From a virus (Duplodnaviria > Caudoviricetes), in IMG/VR virus record IMGVR_UViG_3300032260_000017, positions 1-29,059 of that record: a stretch of 29,059 nt of DNA; one strand, written 5' to 3'. Positions within the stretch are counted from its first letter, which is position 1. Every line of letters begins with the position of its first letter. The notes beneath the pieces are model-generated. The model was not told where the DNA came from, did not search any database, and saw nothing but the letters and a program-made list of their open reading frames with translations. Positions 24,278 to 29,059 of the stretch are shown piece by piece. Both the position numbers and the translations under genes were made by a program.

Positions 24278-24712
24278 ATGGACCTCATGCTCATCGTCCT
24301 CGCCATCGGCCTCATGGCCGTCCTCCGCCTGTTCGCGTTCCCGCCTCCGGGGACTCCGATGGAGTGCCTCACGCTCCGGCAAGCCGAGGACATCACGGCC
24401 AGCGGGGACTCCATCGCCACGCTCCGCGTCCCCTTCCCGTGCCGGATCCACCAGATCGAGGCCGGGGTGGAGGAGATCGATGATGCGACGGACGTGGACA
24501 TCGACCTCGAGAACGGGACCGTGGATCTCTGTGATCCGCTCCCCGCCGCGGACTCCAGCGCCATCGTGGCCGGTGGCGTGATCGATACCCCGGACACGGG
24601 CGCCGAGGATCTCGCGGCCGGGGACATCCTCCACATGGACGTAGACATCACGGGCGGGACCGCTCCCACCGTGGTCGGCTGTTGGGCCAAGGTGTGGGTG
24701 ACCCGCACGTAG
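24278..24712 (+). CDS. Putative head decoration/cement protein with hydrophobic N-terminal leader
   Basis: Directly follows the capsid gene; GAGGAG SD; beta-rich acidic PFPCRI...LAAGDILHMDVD body. Confidence 0.6.
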   Translation: MDLMLIVLAIGLMAVLRLFAFPPPGTPMECLTLRQAEDITASGDSIATLRVPFPCRIHQIEAGVEEIDDATDVDIDLENGTVDLCDPLPAADSSAIVAGGVIDTPDTGAEDLAAGDILHMDVDITGGTAPTVVGCWAKVWVTRT

Positions 24713-24714
24713 GC

Positions 24715-24793
24715 CCCGGCCCCAACCAGCTCCGAGCCGGTGGGTCCACCTGGGGGGTGGCTCATCGGATTCGGATACCCCCCTCGGGCCGGG
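24715..24793 (+). other. Long interrupted RNA hairpin after the capsid/decoration genes (terminator-like or processing site)
   Basis: Stacked stems cccggccc/gggccggg, tccgag/ttcgga, ccggtggg/ctcatcgg and ccacc/ggtgg, with G-U pairs. Confidence 0.55.
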
Positions 24794-24796
24794 ACG

Positions 24797-24825
24797 TTCG
24801 CGCGTTCCGGCCCTTGGTCTAGGAT
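24797..24825 (+). promoter_or_regulatory. Promoter TTCGCG-17-TAGGAT, leaderless start at 24832
   Basis: TAGGAT at 24820-24825, 6 nt before an ATG with no SD. Confidence 0.55.
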
Positions 24826-24831
24826 GACCTC

Positions 24832-25551
24832 ATGGCAGAACCTCCGTTCGCAAACCAGGCCGCCTACGCCGCGAAGCTCCTCGAGCTGGTCCCGGACACC
24901 AAGGCCACCGTTTCCGATTCGGACCTGGTGGCGATGGGGCTGGACCGCTACTCCGAGGCGTTCCCCTCCTGGGAGACCGCGGACATCGGGGACGGGACCA
25001 CCTTCGAGTGGGATCTCTCCGCCTCACCGTTCGGCGGGTTCGAGCTCGGTTTCTCGGACGTGATGGGGATCGTGGTGGAGGAGCTCGATGGCTCGGGCGC
25101 CCCGTACCGGCCCCCGGTGAAGCTCCTGGAGGGCCGGGACCACTACCTGGACCGCCGCACCGTCACCACCGCGAAGCTCTACCTGGTGTTCCCCAGCGCC
25201 CCGCCGAGCACGAAGCACCGAGTCCGATGGCGGAAGCGGTGGCCCATCGCGGAGGTGGCCCTGGCCCACCAGCTCGCGGTGGTCTACCGGGCCGCGGCCT
25301 CGAAGTGCTCGAACCTCGCCACCGTCTACGCGGACACCGTGGACCCCTCCGCGAACGTGACCGATCTGTTCGATGGCTCCGAGAAGGTGGCCACCTATAA
25401 GGACCTGGTGGGCCATTGGATGCGCGAATTCCGCCGCGTCCTCGGGATCAGCGGCTCCGCCCAGGGCCTCGCCACCGGCAAGGCCCGCACCGGCCAAAAC
25501 CGGGTGTTCCCCGGCTCCCACCTTCGAGGCGGGACCATCGGGCGGGCGTAG
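24832..25551 (+). CDS. Putative head-tail adaptor protein
   Basis: Position after the head genes; helical N- and C-termini around a beta insert (LDRYS...AVVYRAAA..C..LA..Y). Confidence 0.6.
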   Translation: MAEPPFANQAAYAAKLLELVPDTKATVSDSDLVAMGLDRYSEAFPSWETADIGDGTTFEWDLSASPFGGFELGFSDVMGIVVEELDGSGAPYRPPVKLLEGRDHYLDRRTVTTAKLYLVFPSAPPSTKHRVRWRKRWPIAEVALAHQLAVVYRAAASKCSNLATVYADTVDPSANVTDLFDGSEKVATYKDLVGHWMREFRRVLGISGSAQGLATGKARTGQNRVFPGSHLRGGTIGRA

Positions 25552-26195
25552 TGCCCTCGGGCGTGAAGATCGTGGACGGCCGCGCGTTCGGGGTGATAAA
25601 GCCCCGAGCGGAGGCGGCCTCCCGCCAGGTGGTGGACGCGGTGGTGGCGAAGGGCCACCAGCTCATCTCCGAGGCCCTGGGCTCGGCCACGGACTCCGCG
25701 GGCCACCGGGGCCGCGAGGACACCGGAGCCGCGGGCCAAGCCCTCGAGCACGTCCTGGCGAAGCTCAAGGGCTCGAAGGTGGTGGGGGAGGTGATCGTCA
25801 ATCCCCCCGCGGACGAATATTGGAACGTGATCGAGGACGGCCGCCGCCCCGGAAAGCCCATCTCCGAGGTGGGCCAGGAGAAGGTGGCGCGGTGGGTGAA
25901 GCGGAAGCTGGGCCAAGCGGCCGCGGACTCCCTCATCCGAGGCGCCTCCCAGGCCGAGGAGGGCGCCCGGATCCGGTTCGCCCGCACGGACGGGACCGGC
26001 TTCCGCCGCGTGAAGCGGAGCCAGCGGGATCGCGCCATGCGGTCCCTGGTCTACCTGGTCCTCCGCAAGATCCGCACCGAGGGGACGCCCGGAATCCGGC
26101 CCTTCGGCAAAGCCGCGTCCAAGCTCCGGGGGGGAGAGGCGCGTAGAATCTCGAGGCGCACCGTTCGTGCGTTCGCCAGGAGGGGCGGCCGATGA
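25551..26195 (+). CDS. Putative neck/tail-completion protein (HK97 gp10-like), basic
   Basis: TAGTG coupling; DTGA...EYWNVIEDGRRPG...WVKRK...RKIRTEGTPGIRPF pattern. Confidence 0.65.
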   Translation: MPSGVKIVDGRAFGVIKPRAEAASRQVVDAVVAKGHQLISEALGSATDSAGHRGREDTGAAGQALEHVLAKLKGSKVVGEVIVNPPADEYWNVIEDGRRPGKPISEVGQEKVARWVKRKLGQAAADSLIRGASQAEEGARIRFARTDGTGFRRVKRSQRDRAMRSLVYLVLRKIRTEGTPGIRPFGKAASKLRGGEARRISRRTVRAFARRGGR

Positions 26196-26650
26196 CCCTG
26201 GACACCACCCGCGCCCTCATCGAGACCGTCCTGGAGACCGTGGCGGACATCGGCCACGTCCACCTCCACCCGCGCGTGGGGATCATCCGCGAGGAGGAGG
26301 AGGCCAAGCTCCTCACCGGCTCGAGCCCCACCCGGAAGGTTCAGGTGTGGGAGATCCAGACCGCTCCCGAGGTGTTCCACGATGGATGCGGCGGGCTCCA
26401 CCGGACGGAGCTCGAGGTTTCGATCACCGGCTGGTGGTACGTGGACGATAGCGGGGCCTCGAGAGAGGAATTCGCTACGCGGATCCGGGATGTATCCTTG
26501 GCGCTCATGGACCCCATCACCGGCTTCGCCCAGATCCTCGAGCCGGGGATCTCCGTGGTGATCGATGATGGACCGACAAAGCTCCGAAGCGGTCACGCGG
26601 CATGGCGGGGAACCCTGGACTTCCGCCTCCTGGACGTGGTGACCACCTAG
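26192..26650 (+). CDS. Putative tail terminator/completion protein
   Basis: 152 aa, directly before the tail tube gene; ATGA coupling. Confidence 0.6.
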   Translation: MTLDTTRALIETVLETVADIGHVHLHPRVGIIREEEEAKLLTGSSPTRKVQVWEIQTAPEVFHDGCGGLHRTELEVSITGWWYVDDSGASREEFATRIRDVSLALMDPITGFAQILEPGISVVIDDGPTKLRSGHAAWRGTLDFRLLDVVTT

Positions 26651-26665
26651 AGAGAGAGGCCCCAG

Positions 26666-27724
26666 ATGACCGTAGCCCTCGGAACCCTCGCAAAGCTCGC
26701 CCTGGTGAAGGGTGCCACCTGGGGGACGGCCGTGGCCCTCTCCACCGGCCACCGCGTCCCGTTCGTGAGCTCGAGCCTGGACTACCAGCGGGACCAGATC
26801 CCGAACGATGACATCAGCGGCCGCCCCATGCGCCAGAGCTCGGTCCTCGGAAACGCCTTCGTGGACGGGTCCGTGGTGATCTCCGGGGACTACAACCAGG
26901 CGCCCCACCTCCTCCTGGCCGCCGTGATGATGGGAACCGCGGGCGTCCCGACCACCGTGGAAACGGGGGTCTACAAACACGCTCTCCTCCTCGCGGCCGA
27001 TGTCCAGGGCCTATTCCTCTCCGCGGGCCTGGACTACGGCGGGGTGGACGTGTACGGGTTCGATTCGATCAAGCCCGTCCGGCGCCTCATCCAGATCGCC
27101 AGCGGCGGCCGCCTCGATGAGACCTACGAATTCCAGGGCCGAGGGGTGGACAAGACGCTCACCAGCCCCGGCTGGACCTACGCGGACGATCCCACCGATG
27201 GCGGGACGCTCCGGGTTCTCCACCGCCAGATGGTGGTCCGCGTCAACGCCTCGGCCGGTGGCGCCCTCGCCACCCCCGCGGATGTGGTCTACCCCACCCA
27301 GCTCGAGATCGACATCAACCGGGGCCACACCACGGAGTATGCCCAGGCGGGCGAGCCCGATGAGCCCACCCCCGCGGACTTCGGCTCCGTGACCGTGCGC
27401 CTCACGTTCTACGGGATGAGCGCCGCCCTCCTCACCCTGTTCCGGGACTCGAAGGATGACGGGACGCCCCTCAAGCTGGACGCGGTGATCGACCACGGGA
27501 CCCTCATCGGGGCCACCGAGAATTCCACGCGGGCGTTCTACCTCCCGAAGCTCATCGTGACCGAGTGCCCGAACACCGTCCCCGGCCCCGGCCGCGTGCC
27601 GATGTCCGTGGTGATGACCGCCCACCAGGCCGCCTCCGATCCCACGGGATTCCCCACGGGCTACGGCGCGGTGGAGCTGGTGGACGAATGGCAGAACGAA
27701 CAGAGTGCCGATCCCCTGGCCTAG
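26666..27724 (+). CDS. Major tail tube protein
   Basis: N-terminal K..TWGTAV...VPF.SSSL...G...VDGSV, YKH, FYLPKL; Thr/Gly/Val-rich; position before the tail chaperone. Confidence 0.75.
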   Translation: MTVALGTLAKLALVKGATWGTAVALSTGHRVPFVSSSLDYQRDQIPNDDISGRPMRQSSVLGNAFVDGSVVISGDYNQAPHLLLAAVMMGTAGVPTTVETGVYKHALLLAADVQGLFLSAGLDYGGVDVYGFDSIKPVRRLIQIASGGRLDETYEFQGRGVDKTLTSPGWTYADDPTDGGTLRVLHRQMVVRVNASAGGALATPADVVYPTQLEIDINRGHTTEYAQAGEPDEPTPADFGSVTVRLTFYGMSAALLTLFRDSKDDGTPLKLDAVIDHGTLIGATENSTRAFYLPKLIVTECPNTVPGPGRVPMSVVMTAHQAASDPTGFPTGYGAVELVDEWQNEQSADPLA

Positions 27725-27759
27725 CGGCGGATGGGGTGATCCAGGAAAGGACCGAGCCG

Positions 27760-28233
27760 ATGACGTACCGAATCCACCTCAATAGCGGGGACACCTTCGA
27801 GACCGAGGACCGCCCGGACGTGGTGAACCTCCCCCCCCCGGACGGCCGAACGGTCCTCCGGGCCATCGTGGGCGGGCGCGTGGTGCGCCGCCCCATCGAC
27901 GCCATCCATTCCGTGGAGGTGACCGATGAGGCCCGCGAATGGCACCCGGTGGAGATCGAGGAGCTCCACAAGGTCTCCGGGAAGGTGACCCAGCTCGAGA
28001 GCGGGCGCGGCGCCGAGCCCACGAAGCCCTCCCCCGCTCCCGTCCCGGCCTCGAGCTCGAGCTCCGAGGGCGGCACGGACACCCCGCCCGAGGACGCCCC
28101 GAAGGCCCTCCCCACGAAGCGGGCGGACCTGGTGGCCCTGTTCGAGGAGCGCCACCCGGACGTGGAGCTCCCCGCCAATGCGAAGGGCCGCGTGACCGTG
28201 GCCAGCCTCACCGCCGCCCTCTCGGCGGAGTAG
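27760..28233 (+). CDS. Hypothetical protein: small beta N-domain, Pro/Ser linker, C-terminal HeH/LEM/Rho-N-like helical motif
   Basis: AGGA SD; TKRADLVALF...VELPANA...TVASLTAAL. Confidence 0.65.
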   Translation: MTYRIHLNSGDTFETEDRPDVVNLPPPDGRTVLRAIVGGRVVRRPIDAIHSVEVTDEAREWHPVEIEELHKVSGKVTQLESGRGAEPTKPSPAPVPASSSSSEGGTDTPPEDAPKALPTKRADLVALFEERHPDVELPANAKGRVTVASLTAALSAE

Positions 28234-28274
28234 AGCTCCCCGCGGGGGGTCCCCGCACTACGAACAGCGAACCA

Positions 28275-28311
28275 GGGGCCGCCCTCATGTAGGGTGGCCC
28301 CTTCACGTTTT
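28275..28311 (+). terminator. Intrinsic terminator
   Basis: 11-bp stem ggggccgccct/agggtggcccc, loop catgt, followed by ttcacgtttt. Confidence 0.7.
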
Positions 28312-28365
28312 GGGCGCGGCGGAGCCCCTCGAGCTCCACGCGCCCCCATCCCCCGGAGGAGCACG

Positions 28366-28764
28366 ATGAGCGAAGCGAAGCCTGGACCGGCCATCCGAGG
28401 AATCCGCCTGGTGGAAGGCCCCGAACGCTCGAAGCTCGAGCTGGGCGGATCCACGTTCCACCTCCACCGGATCTCCCACGGGGAGATGGCGGACCTCCGG
28501 TTCGAGTGCTCCCCCCGCGGGATCCTGGACTCCCGCGCGTTCCATGAGGCGCTCTGGAAGCGGGTCCTGGTGGGATGGGAGGACCTGTTCATCGGCGCCG
28601 ATGGCGCGGCCGTGGAGCTGGTGTTCGATGCGAACCAGGTCCTCCGCGTGGCTCGAGCTCTCCCGGACACCGTGGCGGAGGCCCTCCTGGCCGAGGCGCG
28701 CGCCCCCCAATTCCTCCTCTCGAGTGCGGTGGGAAACTCCACGGGGTCCTCACCCAGCGCCTAG
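28366..28764 (+). CDS. Tail assembly chaperone (lambda gpG-like)
   Basis: GGAGGAG SD; LVGWEDL...G..VE..FD motif; slippery site near the 3' end. Confidence 0.8.
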   Translation: MSEAKPGPAIRGIRLVEGPERSKLELGGSTFHLHRISHGEMADLRFECSPRGILDSRAFHEALWKRVLVGWEDLFIGADGAAVELVFDANQVLRVARALPDTVAEALLAEARAPQFLLSSAVGNSTGSSPSA

Positions 28765-29059
28765 CGGGCGGGGACCCATTGGCGCGGCTCGAAGCCCGCC
28801 GCCTCGAGGAGGACGATTTCGATCACGCCGCGGAGGCCGCGGCCCTCGAGCGGGATGGGATCGTGTTCCCCCTCCCGGTGGTCTCGAGGTTCCTCCGGAT
28901 CTGGGATGTGATCCGCGCCGTGGGGTGGGAGAGCGCCTCCCAGCTCGCGCGGGCCACCTTCACCGGATGGGAGTGTGAGTTTCTGGGCGAAGCGGTGGCT
29001 ATGATGTCCGCGGCCGACCGAGCGGCGGAGCGGGAGGAGATGATCGATCTCTGGAGGCC
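28731..29059 (+). CDS. -1 frameshift extension of the tail chaperone (gpGT-like); runs off the window edge
   Basis: G GGA AAC at 28731-28737. The -1 frame reads GKLHGVLTQRLAGGDPLARLEARRLEEDDFDH... with no stop to 29059 and good codon bias. Confidence 0.8.

Overview
A very GC-rich (about 70% by eye) segment of a tailed dsDNA phage or prophage, most likely siphovirus-like. Every credible gene is on the + strand, and many are coupled by ATGA/GTGA overlaps. About 1-13.3 kb is an early/middle region: an HTH regulator, a putative ssDNA-annealing recombinase, an SMC/Rad50-like ABC ATPase, a UvrD/PcrA helicase, ASCH, RusA, a replication initiator with internal 12-bp iteron-like repeats, and many small Cys-rich ORFs. 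About 13.3-29 kb is the packaging/morphogenesis region: a putative small terminase, large terminase, portal, Mu gpF-like head protein, a protease-scaffold-major capsid fusion, decoration, head-tail and tail-completion proteins, tail tube, and a tail chaperone with a G-GGA-AAC -1 frameshift site. The most unexplained element is a ~215-nt multi-branched, potentially pseudoknotted non-coding RNA candidate (18420-18635) between terminase and portal, with an apparent promoter of its own. Other intergenic gaps also form long stems. A recurrent GGMGTAGGMT/TANNNT promoter motif precedes several apparently leaderless genes. All protein calls come from motif recognition by eye; no database search or folding program was run.
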